This document shows positions 38,359 to 52,609 of a DNA stretch of 64,000 nt, piece after piece. Numbering within the stretch: position 1 is the first letter of the stretch; every line of letters begins with the position of its first letter. The notes under the pieces were generated by a model, which saw only the letters and a list, made by a program, of their open reading frames with translations, was not told where the DNA came from and did not search any database. Position numbers and translations under genes: made by a program. This DNA is from Trichoplax adhaerens. Lineage: Eukaryota; Animalia; Placozoa. The DNA is taken from NCBI RefSeq assembly GCF_000150275.1, contig NW_002060982.1, forward strand, positions 7,683 through 71,682. The letters run 5' to 3'.

Positions 38359-40267
38359 TAAAGCCGTAATTACCATCAATCATTTCATTTTGCCTATGAT
38401 TTATAAGCAACAACTGAAACTATGTCATCATGTAAATTAATACGCATTTATATCTACACGATGATGGTTAATTTCTTGAATTTGAAATCCTTGTGATGAT
38501 AACGTTTTATTTTTTCAGTATATTAAAATTGGCCGTAATAAGTATCAGTGATGTATCTACGTCGCCGTCTGCTGATTGATGTTGATTTTTCTCTTAGCCC
38601 TGTACCACTTCGTTAAGTAACATTTGTTAGACAATACAGGATCGATCATGATTAAGCGAGTGTCTATGCTCTTAAATTGATCAATTTGTATTTTTATCTA
38701 ATTTATGTAATGTAAGAATCAATTTCGCCTCGTATAACGTATGTGGCATTAGATTAAGAATTTTTTTCGTCTTAGTCCGGTTCATGCCGTTGTATCTCAT
38801 GCTTGTAACTGTTTATATATATTTCGACACACTGCCATGTAACGATTTTATTATGGACGTAGACATACGCGTATGCGTATACAATTATAATCAAATGATA
38901 GATGCACACTATTTAGGCTACTCTTCACAGACAAAATGTAATAGATATATTGGTAGTATTATATCATGGCGTACTTACTTTATCAGTAACCCATTAAAAA
39001 GTAACGAGAGGTTAGGATCGGAACAAACGTGTTCGACTATCTAGAATGCAATGGTGTATTCAAATGTTGCAAAAAATCAGTTAGCTGGATAGCCGTATGT
39101 TTTGTTTCATGACCCGACGAAATGCATGATATATCTTCATATTGCATCACATTAGCTACTTTAATTAAAGGATGTATATTAATAAATTTTGATATTAAAG
39201 AACTACGTATTTATTCCAAGTAAGTAAAGCCTTAAAACAGTCTCGACTAAGTCCTATTGTACGCTCGATAGTAGCCTCTTACAAATGTTCGTAGTTTCTG
39301 TGCGTATCACGATAGTGTGAAATCATTTTAAATTGGATGGCAGTTGGTAACGTAAATTATATTAATTATTGTTTCGAAAGAAAATAGCACACTTAGATCT
39401 AAAGTCAATAAAGCATGACCTTACCACTTATTAACTGCAAGTCAAATGCTTTATTAATCAATCTCGGTAATAAACTCAAATTTAGTAAATGCTACCTTAC
39501 AATATCGGGAAATAAATATATCAGTAATTACTACGGCTACCAGATACTCTATTGCAATGATCACTTCATTGACATTCCCAAATACCATATATCATATGAT
39601 ACTACTATTTATAGGCTGCGCAAAATCAGTTACACCAGAAGTAGCCAAAATAATCGTTTACAATATAAAGTAGGTTAATTGATGGATAGACAACTACAAT
39701 TATAACATTATTATCATTATTACAATAAAGCAAATCATTATAGAACCATATTGATACATTGAATAAGACGGGATTAACCTATAAAAAGATGGATTTCAAA
39801 TAAGACTATTCTGGAATCACAATCCTCCATAATTGTAATCAGTTTTGGTACTTTGAATATGCCTACAACAGGGTGACTTTCAGTTAGACATTGACTTAAC
39901 CTTCTTCATTTTGGTATGATACAAATTTACATAAAAATTCAAATGGATGGTCACGGCAATTTTAAGAGCTAACACTATTCGCAACATCGTATAACTGACT
40001 ACAATTCGTTAATTGCAAGAAACGTGGGAACCGATACAACAGAACGCAGAATCACGCCTACAACTACTGTAAAAGACCGATAATTATCCGTTAAGTAGCA
40101 TTAAAATTAATACAAAAAGCATATCACAAAGTTTTAACAAGGAAAAGAAACATAGTTATTAGAAAATCCAATGCCATCTGCAGCTTAATTTCTCAGCTAG
40201 TTCCTAAATATTAAGACCTAGTCCAAGTGGCGTCAACAGTAGTGGCTGACTAGCGCCAGTCTTTGTA

Positions 40268-43200
40268 TTACTGTTGCTGTTGCTGTTGGGGTTGTGGTTG
40301 TTGAGAGGATCGATCGTCACGATATCTTTGATAGTTGCCACCGCCAGAACCACGTGGACGGCCTACATCCGTATATTAAAGGTAATTATTATAAATATGC
40401 TCCTTAAATCGTTTACAAAAAAAAAAAGCATGCGATACAAGCATATAACGAACCTCCACGATTTCCTCCACGATTTCCGCCACGTCCACCACGGTATTGG
40501 CCATCCTGATTTCCCTTCGTTGTAGTTATTGGTATTAGTTAGAAAAACATTAATATATTTATGTAATAAAGATAATACTTCAATCTTACAGGGAATCTTC
40601 CACCGGCACCTTCTTTTCCACCACGATCGCCATTACGATTTCTAATCCTGTTGCGGCCTTGATTGCCACGGCCTCGATTCCCACCTCGAAAATTTCGCGG
40701 GCGCCTGTTGCCTTTTTGAGCTAAAGAACAATTGAAATAGATTTTATATACACGTCTATCTACATTATAGTGCAATTTAATTGCAACAATATTAATTATA
40801 CATTACTCAAACAATGTGGTGTCGAATGAAACAATCCATCAGTAATAATAAATTCCAGTATCACAATTATTGTAAAATCTATGATAAAATACTAAAGCAT
40901 ACATTCAAAACCGTCATCTTTCTCTGTAGCTTCGCCTTGTTCAGCAAAATCTCCCGTAGGCGCATTAGGCATATTTAACTTTTCTTCGGACACTATATCA
41001 TGACATGATCTATCTTAGTTTTTTAAATACGCATCGGTAATAAGGAACTACTTCACGCAACAGGTGTGTTAGCTCGAGTTGTTTGACAAATACTTTAATC
41101 GCAAACATACTAAGTAGTTGGTAAAACGTTGATGAGCAAACATTTACCTGAATCCTTCTCGGCAGAAACTGCCACTTCGACGTTTTTATCATTATTCTTT
41201 ACTTCCTAGAAAATATATAACAATTACTATTAATGGAGTGCCATCCTTTTTAAGTTAAAATATCAAGACGTATAGTAAAAATCATCAATTACCGCCGGTA
41301 ACAGTTCGCCACTAGTTACTTCCGCATCTCCATTTGATGGCCTTTCAACGGTTTCCTGCTGTGGCTCTTCCTTTACTGGTTCAGTAACTTTATCTTTAAG
41401 TTCACCAGTATACAATGAGCACAATTCAATTCCTTGCATAACTGCCATCAATTTATCATCTGCAAGCAAGTACATTAATAGAGTTAAGAGCTGAATCGAT
41501 CTTAAAATACCGTAGTTACTAATAGACAAAGTTTAAAATCAATGAAAACACTTTATCAGTTAATCGTCTTTGTGAACGTACATGTCGTTCCAACTACAGG
41601 CTTTTCTTTCTTTTCTATGAGATTATAAAAATGATCACCTGATGTCTTCACACTATAATAGATATTAAATGTGGAGAATTAATCCAGAAATAAAACAAGG
41701 CCATATGCTTAATAAATCCATAATTAGCATTGGTTAAGATAGACTGTAATTATTCCATTAATGCTAAGTACCTTGTTGGATCAAGAACTAGTTCCTGAAA
41801 AGCCTCGATTTGACGAATTTCATCCTCATTTAATTTCTAAAACGCCCCATTTTTGGATAACAACATAACATCGAGATTACTGTTAAGCATTGGCTTTAAT
41901 AAATAACAATCAGCTAGCTCAATTGGCGTATCCAAATTGCGTCAAGTGAACGGATGCAATTTTACTAGAGAAAATGAAATCTCTTCGCTTGTTATACTAT
42001 CTAAATCTTACCGTAGCACCGTTGCTACCTTCCAAGAAGTACTGTCGAGTCTCAGGATTGACAGCAGCTAGGAGTCTTTGCAATTTCAAGATATCGCAAA
42101 TTCTGACTCGATCTGCTTCAATTCGTGTTGCTTGCTCTTTCCTCATTTGCTTTTTTTGATTTTTCTGCCACTGCACCATGCACCCAAAAAAATTTTAAGA
42201 AATGAAGATAAATTTTAGCTTTAAATAACAATTTCTCGTATAGTACCTCACGTATAATTTATTGCTCTTGAGATGGAGCCTTAAATTATAACATAAGCTA
42301 ATACAAGTTTGATAGTAGTAAGATTGATGACACCAATCTATTCTACATGCTATACAGTATCCTAAACCAATCTCTTTTTATATAGGAAAAGCTGGTTTAC
42401 ACTGTATGACAACACGCTGCATTTTACCGCTTTAAACACTTAAATTGCAGCTAAAAGAGTAAATTACGAAAGGGAATGATTCATAATTAAATTAATACAT
42501 ATTGTATTATTAAAGTAAATGGGCTTTAACGTTAAAAGTTTACACATAATATTGGATATCGCTCCAAAAATTATGCAATCTTCTGTTTTTAAACTAAACT
42601 GACACTAGTACTGGGTCTACTTTGCATTCAATCGGATTTCATCGCTCAATTACTGCAATTCTAGGTTATCATAAGAACTAAATCAGTTTGCATCCAAAGT
42701 AGTTTCATATTTTAACAAAATTACCTCTTCCATCAACTTATAATATTGCTGATTGATTTCGCGATAAGTTTCCAAATCTGTTTCAACACTTTTAGCCTGA
42801 CTGATTGCTTCCTATCAAAATATAGATTGTAAATACACTAATTAATAACACGTAGAAAATATTTGCTTAAACATTTAAAAAATAGTTATCTATTTCGTGA
42901 TAAATGTATGTGCACAATAATAACGGAAGCCTTATCCGCTAGATCTAGTGTAGCACTCTAATCACATACAAGGCAACATTGACCGATTGGGTTGATAGCG
43001 CTTCATTTCTACGAACATGAATTTATGTTACGATATCTATATAGAGAGCATGGTAGGATACTACTGAGTCACTATTTCATTAGATCTTGCGCTTTCGTAG
43101 TATTACCGTTACCGTGGTTAAACTTATTATATACATGTACACAGTATAGTATCATGGAACACTAAATACCATTAAAATACAGTAATAATCAAGGTTCAAC

Positions 43201-44474
43201 CTTATCACTTGAAAAGAAGACAATAATAAATGCAAAAGATAGAACGGATCAAGTGTATTCGATCAGAGGAGAACTACCTGCTTGAACTTATCTATATTGC
43301 AATTAAGCAAGAGCAGTTCCATAAAGATCACATAATGTGTATACTATACACTATACAGTATTAATTAACCTTTATCATACGATTGTCATACCCCAAAAAA
43401 CTGTAGTAATGAAATAGCGCAATGACATGCAAGTGGTGCTGCTGCCAGGTACTTTCATGTCGACAAAGTGAAAGGTATCTTATTTTTGTATGCTGCAAAG
43501 GTCGACACATAAAGATGTCTATCGATAATACGCCTATGGAAGTTCTATACAGTATATTAAAGTAAAGGCTAAGGTTGGTAGAATCCCACCAGACAATCCA
43601 ATATTGCATTCGATGCTGTCGTTCTACTCTACAGTATCACCATCATTGAGCCCCAACGAATTGCCATGCACATTCAATCAAGCATAAGACTGACGAAAGC
43701 CATGAGAAGCGGCGGTCTCTTGACCGCACAGTTAACATCGTCGATCATGAAATGGAAGTCATAACAAGAGTGATGACAATCTTTACTTGTTGAAAACAGT
43801 GCCATTGCTATGACTGCAAATGTCCGTGATAGTATGTCTACTATCAAGTTGCGATACTACATCTTGGGTATCAGTGCAGCTATCATCTGTGCTGATTTGT
43901 ATCATTCATGCAATATCAAGGGTAAATTTAACGATAGCGACCAGTTCGTTACCTTTTGATCTTGATTCAGTTCTTTGCCTTCCTCCTCGATTTTTTTCAA
44001 ATTTTCGAGTTTAGTCTAGGTAGAGAAAGTGATTCAAGTATCGATTTAATTGCATACAAAGTGGTCGAAGATTATCCAAAATTCCACATGTTATGCGTGG
44101 GAAAAACGTCTAGTAACATGATGCAAATTGAAAGTAGGAAATACGTCCACTTTCTATTTATGCCATAACGATCCATCTATTTATACTCTCTACTATCAAC
44201 TGTACCAATAAAATGGAGCAGTTTCCAATCGATACATGAACTAACGTGCACTAGACTGCTTCAAATTGATTGTGATGTACAATAACCGCAATGGCATTTT
44301 GTCATTGAAAGTCAAGATCACTTTCCATACCTTTCTCTTACACAAATTGCGAATTTTCTTATCAATAACACCAATAAAGGACCTTGCTAATGATTCTTCA
44401 TTGGTTTCTATCGCTTTTGGGTTGCTTAGAGCATTAGCCACTTGGCTAGAATCTTCGTTAGCTGCAGCTGGCAT
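40268..44474 (-). CDS. CAPRIN1: Caprin family RNA-binding protein, about 12 exons, about 395 aa
   Basis: Exons give VIDKKIRNLCKRK / GKELNQDQK / EAISQAKSV / QKKQMRKEQ..GSNGA / HFYNLIEKKEKPVVGTTY (HR1 domain) and C-terminal RGG-rich exons ending poly-Q stop at 40268. Boundaries of the acidic middle exons are less certain. Confidence 0.88.
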
Positions 44475-44506
44475 GATGGAAATGGATTAGTAAGAAGAAG
44501 TCAATC

Positions 44507-44516
44507 AAAATGGCGG
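44507..44516 (-). promoter_or_regulatory. YY1-consensus site just upstream of the Caprin ATG
   Basis: CCGCCATTTT on the sense strand matches the YY1 consensus CCGCCATNTT. Confidence 0.45.
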
Positions 44517-44619
44517 TGGTTGATCAACGTTAGTAGCCGAAAAAAATTGGCGTATGAGATACAGCATGGGAAATCACATGCTTTATCAGCTTGAATTTAG
44601 CTCCGGTCTAGTTGTAGGG

Positions 44620-46150
44620 TACTGTATGGAAGGTGAGTATCAATTTTATACTGTACTATAGAAGAATAATCCTGTCCATCGTCGATGACTGTACACCACC
44701 GGAATGGCTCAGATTGGGATGATCAGTACGGTATTTTACAGTACTATTCACTGTAGACTACAGTACTCCAACTGCCTCTACAGTACTATACACTGTTCAC
44801 TTACTGGACCGTACCGTAAAGTCTGTACGTAGTATACTGTACGCTTCATTGGCAATGCCACCAGGTTTCTTAGCACGTTTCCTACTGTACTGTACCGTAC
44901 TCAGTGTACCATACTGTACTGTACAGTGTACAGTACAGTCCTGTACTACACAGTGTAAAGTACTGTACCTGTTGTACTGTAGGTGAGATAGGTGAGATCA
45001 GGAGCTTGTGAGCAAGTCCCTGGTAAGAACCCAATGAACACTGCGGGCGCTTGAATGCGCCCCAAAATCATATGGCCATCAACATGCATCGTATTCAGAC
45101 AACTATATCCATCATTTCATGTTATAGCTTCCTCTGACCGCTAGGAGTTGTGGATTCCAATGATGTGTTACATGATCCTTCCAACACCTTGAAATATTAC
45201 CATGCCAGTTCAGCATGAGGGCAGACTTTGTTTGGTTTTTGTTTATCCTAACAACATCCCTTCCTCTACAGTACTCGGTACTGCACTGTACAGTACATTG
45301 CAACTTTACGGCGTCTTGAATTTCATTGTACTGTACTGTACTGTACTGTACAGTGTACAGTACAGTAGATCTGACTTTTAGATACAGTGTACTGTACTGT
45401 ACTGTGCAATACTGAGTGAGAAAAATATTACTAAAACCGATGGGCTAATGCAGTAAGTAGTTGATACCAACTGTACTGTACTGTACAAGTGTACATCTGT
45501 TAAATTAGCTTCTACCGAAAATAATATTGCTGTACAGTGTCTGTAGAGACCCTTTTGAAGGGTCTCTAGTGTACAGTGTGCAACATACTGTATATCTTTC
45601 TATTTATAGACTGTCGACGACAGCGAGAGAGAGATGTTTTAATTAATTATACTGTACGCGACATCAATTTTGCAAACGATTGTAGAGACCCCCATTTAGC
45701 TTTTCAGTTCGATACCCTAATTTTGTTCATATTTTACGGCCATATGTAGCTGTACAGTACAAAGTAGCTGAGACAGCGATACAATAGGTATATCAATAAA
45801 AGAGAAAGCACTTTTTCGCTAGCCACTGATGTAAGAAATAATCAAGGAAGTCGCTCGCAAAATTAACATCACTTGGAAAAAGTCATGAGCACAACTTAAG
45901 TCAGTCGGGTTGCAGCAATGCCGGTTTTCTTCTTTATTAACCTGTAATCACCTCGATGGTTTCAGTCTGTCAGTCTGTAACTACTGGACGCTGTACAGTG
46001 TACAGTACAGTACTGTACTATGCTATGCAATACAGTACCAGTGTTCAGAACACAATCTGCAGTCAGTACGGTACTGTACTCCAATCATCCAGTTTAGTGT
46101 CAACTACAGGAGACACTACAGTACGTACTGTACAAGTGTACAGTACACCC
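44620..46150. promoter_or_regulatory. divergent promoter region Caprin/reticulocalbin with TACAG/CTGTA arrays
   Basis: Head-to-head genes; motif blocks at about 44620-44980, 45265-45590 and 45980-46150. Confidence 0.65.
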
Positions 46151-46325
46151 GCAAGTTATTGTTTACTCTATCCTTTGTACGCATGCACCCACCATATTGT
46201 CTTCCTGTAGTTGCAAGTTTATTTAATAGACTGAACATTTGAATTTCAATCAATATCCCAAGTGCTGTAGATTAGTTCTTGCTCGATAGCAAATTGGATA
46301 GTATCAGGAAGGGCAGAGAAAGAAG

Positions 46326-48570
46326 ATGATGGCGAATTCGGGCAAAAAATGGATCGTATGGATCACCATTTATTTCATCGTTGTACCACATTATCGTTGC
46401 CAACGATACCATCCTGGTGGCAGTAGGTTAGACATGGAAGATCTACTAGGTGAAAAACATTACGATGAATGGGGTCATCATAATGCTGAGTTTGATCATC
46501 GTGCTTTCATTGGTGAAGAAGACGATACATTTCACGAATATTCTGAAGAAGATGCTAGTGATAGACTGATGTTAGTAATATGCAATGAACACTTTGCGTT
46601 ATGATTGCCTGGTCAACCTTATTTCCTTTCTTACTTGATTAATGTAATACAGCCTACGAAAGCAGTAGAGTGCATGGATTAATGGATAGGAGTACGAATT
46701 AATAAACGCATAATAATATGTAAAATGATACGATTCCGTACTGATGGACCAACCTAAACGTTTGTGTTTCAAAATACTAGTGTAACATAGAGTATCAGTC
46801 ATCGTTGTTAGGAAGCAAATTTTTGCAATTAGGTAATTCGTACATTCTATCTTGTATTGTTGCATTTTACAGCACAGTTTTCGACGAAATTGATACGAAT
46901 ATGGATGAATATATCGATAAAAATGAAATGAAAGCACGAATTAAGGGCAACCAACTCAAACGTTTAGAAAAGGAATCTAGAGAAAAATTTAAAGTCTTAG
47001 ATGTCAATGAAGATAGCATGCTGCCATGGGAAGAGTATAAGCAAGTCATGTTTGCCAACGATTTAGCTGAAAACAATGGTAAGCAAATCTTCAACAAATT
47101 GAAAATCTACTGACAACGTAATACCAACTTGATAAAGTGGAATAAAATTTTCCAGTATCTACAGGAGTTTATCGAAGAATAAAAATTGTATCTGCTTAAT
47201 GACATGAGTGATATCTTAAGTAATATACTAACATCACTAGTCAACAATGTGTATGCAGTCCAGTGATATAAATCATTATTAATTAGTCCTCCATCATATG
47301 ATGTGACATTGTTATCGCTAAAATAGAATGACAGACAAAATTAATGACTCTAAAAAGTAATTCTATATATGATAATTACTTATTCCCATTATTCTATCGA
47401 TAGGGAAACTAAGTGACTCTATGCAATCTATGTATACAAATGATCACCGAAAATTCATTGACGCTGATCAGGATAATGACGGAATGTTAACCTTAACCGA
47501 ATTTGCGGCCTTTAACTTTCCTCATAATTTCCCTCATATGCAAAATGCTTTAGCTATGGTAAATCAATAAAAAATAAAATTAAGTAAACATAAAAGCAAC
47601 CTAGCATTGATTTTTTACATTACTTTCAGTTCCAATTTCATTTGCATTAGCTTCAATTTTATTAACTAAATTATGCACATTGTTCTTCTCGTTAATACTT
47701 AGGAATCGTTGGATACGTACGATAAAAACAAGGACGGTAAAATTTCATGGAAGGAATACATTTGTAAGTCAATTGCTGTCGCTGAATTTCTTAAATAATG
47801 TGATATTGAGACTTGTTTACATAACCAAACTGTTTGTGTGCATAACCACAAATCATGCTATATTGTGCAATACATTGTACATATATTGAAAATAGGAACA
47901 ACTAATCCGATTCTTTTGATCACTCTCAATTCAGCGAGTATGTATAACTCAGAAGATAACAAAGAACAACCTGGTTGGGTGCGCGATGAAGAGAAAATTT
48001 ACCTCCTCAGGCATGATAAAGACGGAGATGAATTATTAGACCTGGTGTGATTTTATTTGCATATATCCCAGATGTGTGTTACCTTTTCTACTATTAGCAA
48101 TGATTAGTATCGTTCAACGAAAAATATTCTAAGAATATTTTAAACAACTTCATGTTCTCTAACTATTGTCGTTATCAAAAAATAACCTTGACTGAATTAT
48201 TATCAGTCAGAAATAAAGAGTTGGATTGCTCCAGAGGAGAATAACGATGAAGAAGAGGAAGCTAATCACCTTATTGAATCTGCCGATCTTGATCAGGTCA
48301 TCTTAAACTGCACTTTACTTACGACTAAAATAAGAAAAATTGTACCATGGGGAAAAATATATTAATAGTCTGTCTAATGAACAGAAATAATAAAAGATTA
48401 TTAATAACTGAAATATTTTACGGTCTAACCTGTAGGATGGAAAACTCACAAGAGAAGAACTTCTTAGCCATCAGTCTCTTTTTGCTGGCCATACGAAAAA
48501 ATCACGTAAATATGAAGATCCGGATTTCGACTTCGATTATCATGCTGACCGTTATCATGATGAGTTATAA
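46326..48570 (+). CDS. CREC-family (reticulocalbin/calumenin) ER EF-hand protein, multi-exon
   Basis: Signal-peptide-like N-terminus; FDHRAFIG; six EF-hand loops DTNMDEYIDKNE, DVNEDSMLPWEE, DQDNDGMLTLTE, DKNKDGKISWKE, DKDGDELLD, DLDQDGKLTREE; ends HDEL* at 48570. RCN1/3 versus RCN2 not resolved. Confidence 0.92.
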
Positions 48571-49164
48571 AGAAGTTACTTAGTAAATGCATAAACCAAT
48601 TGATCCTACACGAAATCAACTTAAAATCAAAACATATACTAAATATTCCTCTTTCTGATGAATTGATCAGTTACTGCTTATAATCAATATATCCTTGCGT
48701 TACTGTAATCCAATTTTTGAAACCGTACCTGCACATGCTGAGATTTTGAAACTCATAAACCTTATAAACTCATGTTTTATTAATAATACAAATTCATTTT
48801 ATTTATTATAATCAGTCCGACAAATAAATTGCCTATTGCATCAGTTCACATTAAATTATGGAAAATACACTAAGCTAATGATAACTTACACTGCATCACA
48901 TTTTGACTACAAATACAAGTACGTTTACTTTATAATTGAAATTAAAAAATATTTCGTCTCCATTATGCACATTGATTAATTGGAACTTGCCGTGTACCTA
49001 ATTATAATTTCGACCTCATAAGTACTAATATATATCAGGCGGATACTATTAACTATAAAAGTACATAATATAAAATTTCTACATTGCTTTGATCCCAAAT
49101 CTTTGTACGTTCGACAAAAAATAAAAGCGAGTTACTAAACCCAATAGGTATTAGTAATTGTGTT

Positions 49165-52100
49165 TTAAAAGTCCATAGATTTATGATGACCAACATTATG
49201 GCAAGCTGATAGCTTTGTTTTCTGCGCTGCATCTTCCTGCGCTCTACTGACAGTCTCTGATAAGTCAGGAGGTAAGAACATTTTCTACAGATAAATTGCA
49301 ACAGCTTAATAGAACGTAAAACCATTTATACTAATACCTCTACGTGAAGAAGGAATAAGTTCTGTCAGAGAATCACCCAAGATCTTACCTCAATAGCAAA
49401 TTTTTTTCGCTTTAATTTAAAGCCTAAACAGCTAGTATCTGGGATATGACTAACTAAAGTACTAATCCGAGGCAATTTACGAATATGAAAGGAACCTAAA
49501 TTGGTAGAAGTAGGTGGTACATTAGAAAAACTAATTTTTATAAATTCGGTACATAAACTTTACCATGATAGTTTCGGAAAAGTGGATTAATTTCCTTATC
49601 AGAATCCGCATATGATTCTAATCCTATCATTGTATCGCTTATCTTTTCAACTCTACGTAAATATGCAACATCCTTAAATAAACGGAGAACGTAAAAATTT
49701 TAATACAAGCTACTTAACAGTATCGATGCTGTCAGCTACCAGTCTTAAATAGACAGTATATTAATACCTTTTATGCTATGATATGATAAAAATAGTTGGA
49801 AAAATTAACTATTCCAAATCTTTTTACTACATAAACTTACCTCAAATACTGATACTGGTATCGTTAACATGCATACAGCATACGAATCACGAAGTAATGC
49901 TTTTAATGCAATAAGAAATTTAAGAAGAGATTGATCATATATTTCTGGATTATCATGTAACACCACCCTTCCGTCGCAACCCCATAGAGGGGAAGCTAGG
50001 CCAGATACACAAATTCGTAATACTTTCTGGTCATGATTTAACTGCTAAATAATGAAAATATTTAGTTCAGTCGACGATCAAAGGACGCCGAATATGAAAG
50101 AACCGATTTTATGAGACTAATTAACGCCTACGTCGCTATTAGTTTTGTTAAAGCCATGTTCAGATATTATCCTAGATATGTAGCATAATAAACTGCTATA
50201 AACAGGGTTGATCGTATTCCTAAGAAATAAATATAGCAAGTTTAAAGTTCACAATAGATACATTCGTTTTAGTTTAACAATATTAGCAGGGAATGAGATA
50301 GTGTATCAAGATACAATAAGCACTTTAGAGATCTGTAATAGCTTACCAATTCAGATTATGATCTAATTTATTTTGTTCAGAAGCTATAAGGTTATTTTTG
50401 AAAAAGTATGTTTCCAGTGGTGATATCAAGTTCTTCGGCATAACCTTTCCAAGATCGAAACTATGGCCTAAGCCTGATGTGACTGTACTACTCTGATTTC
50501 AAAGATAGTATATACAGAGGATAGCACGATTAACTCGTAGCTAGGATAGATTGGAAAAGATGAATTACAACTTATCATGTTTACACACTCACTTGCACCG
50601 TAGGTAAATTTTGATATCGCCAAGCAATATTCATATTGTGTTTTTTATCCAACCCGGGCTCATCCACTGTATTGATGAAGCTGCTAGAATCATCGATATC
50701 AGGTAGACCCTAACCCAAAGAGACAGAGTATAAAGAATTCCTCTTAAAATTAATAAATTTTCGATATGCTTTAGTTTATTTCTTACCGAAATAGATAAGC
50801 TATAGCAGTATACTTTCCCTTTTAAACGCTTTCTTTATTATAGTTTTAGTCGCAAAGAAAATATAGCGCGTCTATTACAATAAACATGCTTTACAACATG
50901 TAAAAGTTAACAGCTATTGATGGTTACCAAGTGATCATCTAAGTTTTCGCGTACCTCTAACATACTTTCTGGTTGATTACTACTTGAAGCAAGGCATAAC
51001 GCATGATTGCATACAGCTCCTTCTGCTAGAAAATATTTCACTAACGCATTGGTATACGAACTGGAAATATCCTCCTCTATATTAATGTACGGCATAAATA
51101 GAAAATGTAACAATGATTACAGTTGCAAACCATCCCGAGTATTGAGCCAACAGATTATATAGGTCACCCTAAAATTGTATCATGTATAAACTAAGAATAA
51201 CAAATATAGTTACTGAATATTCACGATACTAAATCATTAAACATACTACTATAATAAAATTTGAAAATTTGATAATTGTAATTACTTTTTCTATTGTTAT
51301 ACATACTATTCTATCATCTTTGAATATCTTTTACTATACTGTATACTGTATTTTGAAATTAATACTTAAGAAATACGTGCAACATACTCGTATAGAGCTG
51401 CAGTATCAGGCTGTTTGGTTATGATTACGTATTTCTATTCTTCATTATATTATTCTATCATTTCACTCATTGACGATATATCTGTGATTATAACTTACGA
51501 AATTACATGCAGAAAGATTGTAGAGTATAGGAATTGATGATTTAAAGTAAACTTACCAACAACTAAGGTTGTGCCAATAGGTAAACCTCCACCTAGATAA
51601 ATAATAAATATGTAATAATTAATTAATTAATTAATTATAGCATTGCATTTGTATTCGATACTGATTACTCATTCTCAATAACTTACAGCATGAATTTCCT
51701 ACTGAATGTAGCCATTACATGCAGTAATTTATTATTAAATATGATCATCACATCAAGTTATTTTAACGATGAAATAATACTCATCACAATTGCAAGTTTG
51801 AGTGGTCTATATATAGTTAGTCATTGTCTCAACGTCTCGATCTCTGCAGTAGAGAGTTACACAGAAGTTTGCAGTACTAGGGGTAGAAGTGCCAGGGCAA
51901 TACTGTACTGTATCGTGCTTTATCTTACATCGTTTAACCATGACTCCTTCACCATGCAGTTTATTTGTTAATGCAGTAGCAAGGATGCAGACTGCTTTAA
52001 CAGAGTTCAACCCTTTCAAGTATAATCAAGTCATTAGATCATTAATAGAGTATACCTATAAGACTGTCAATAGCTGGCACACCGGTCGATGTGATTAGCT

Positions 52101-52182
52101 GGCCATTCCGTAACGATGGAGTAGTGCCTCTTGGATAGCTACCGATGCCTTTAGAAGATTTTTTCTTAAAACTGGATGTCAT
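49165..52182 (-). CDS. ELP4: Elongator complex subunit 4, multi-exon
   Basis: MTSSFKKK..GTTPSLRNGQLITSTGVPAIDSLIG / GGLPIGTTLVV / EED..YFLAEG / MNIAWRYQNLP / SGLASPLWG / GFKLKRKKFAIE / FLPPDLSETVSR..MDF*. Confidence 0.93.
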
Positions 52183-52461
52183 TATCCTTGACAATTAATT
52201 TGCAAGCAAAATCGCACGTAAAAGGACCACAATATATCCCAAATTAAACCATATTATAAATTTCCAGGTGGCCAGCTCTTTTGGCGGAACACATTTCGAA
52301 GCGATATTGTCTGTATGGACCATAAAGTTATACTGTACTGTACTGTATACTGTATAAAGAAAAAATATCTCTATGGCACTGTACAGTACTAGACTGTACG
52401 TGTATGGTACAGTATGGACTTTCATGTTCAATAGCAAACAGAGTACTTAGTACTGTACTAT

Positions 52462-52609
52462 CAGGGGACTTTTCAATTTTTTATACTGTACTGTATGGTA
52501 CAAATGTGTAGAATAGATGTCGTTTGAAAACTCATGCTACAGTCGAGATATACTCGAAACTAGCGACATCTATTTTACGTAAATGTGCATTGTATGAGAA
52601 AAGTCCCTG
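52462..52609. mobile_element. about 150-bp fold-back (MITE-like) element upstream of ELP4
   Basis: Outer inverted repeat CAGGG(G)ACTTTTC / GAAAAGTCCCTG; inner inverted repeat AATAGATGTCG / CGACATCTATT; no clear TSD. Confidence 0.5.

Noticed and set aside
38490-38580. TGATGA...CTGA pair resembling a C/D snoRNA
   Set aside because: Located downstream of the ZDHHC17 stop codon, weak terminal stem, and no rRNA guide I could recognise
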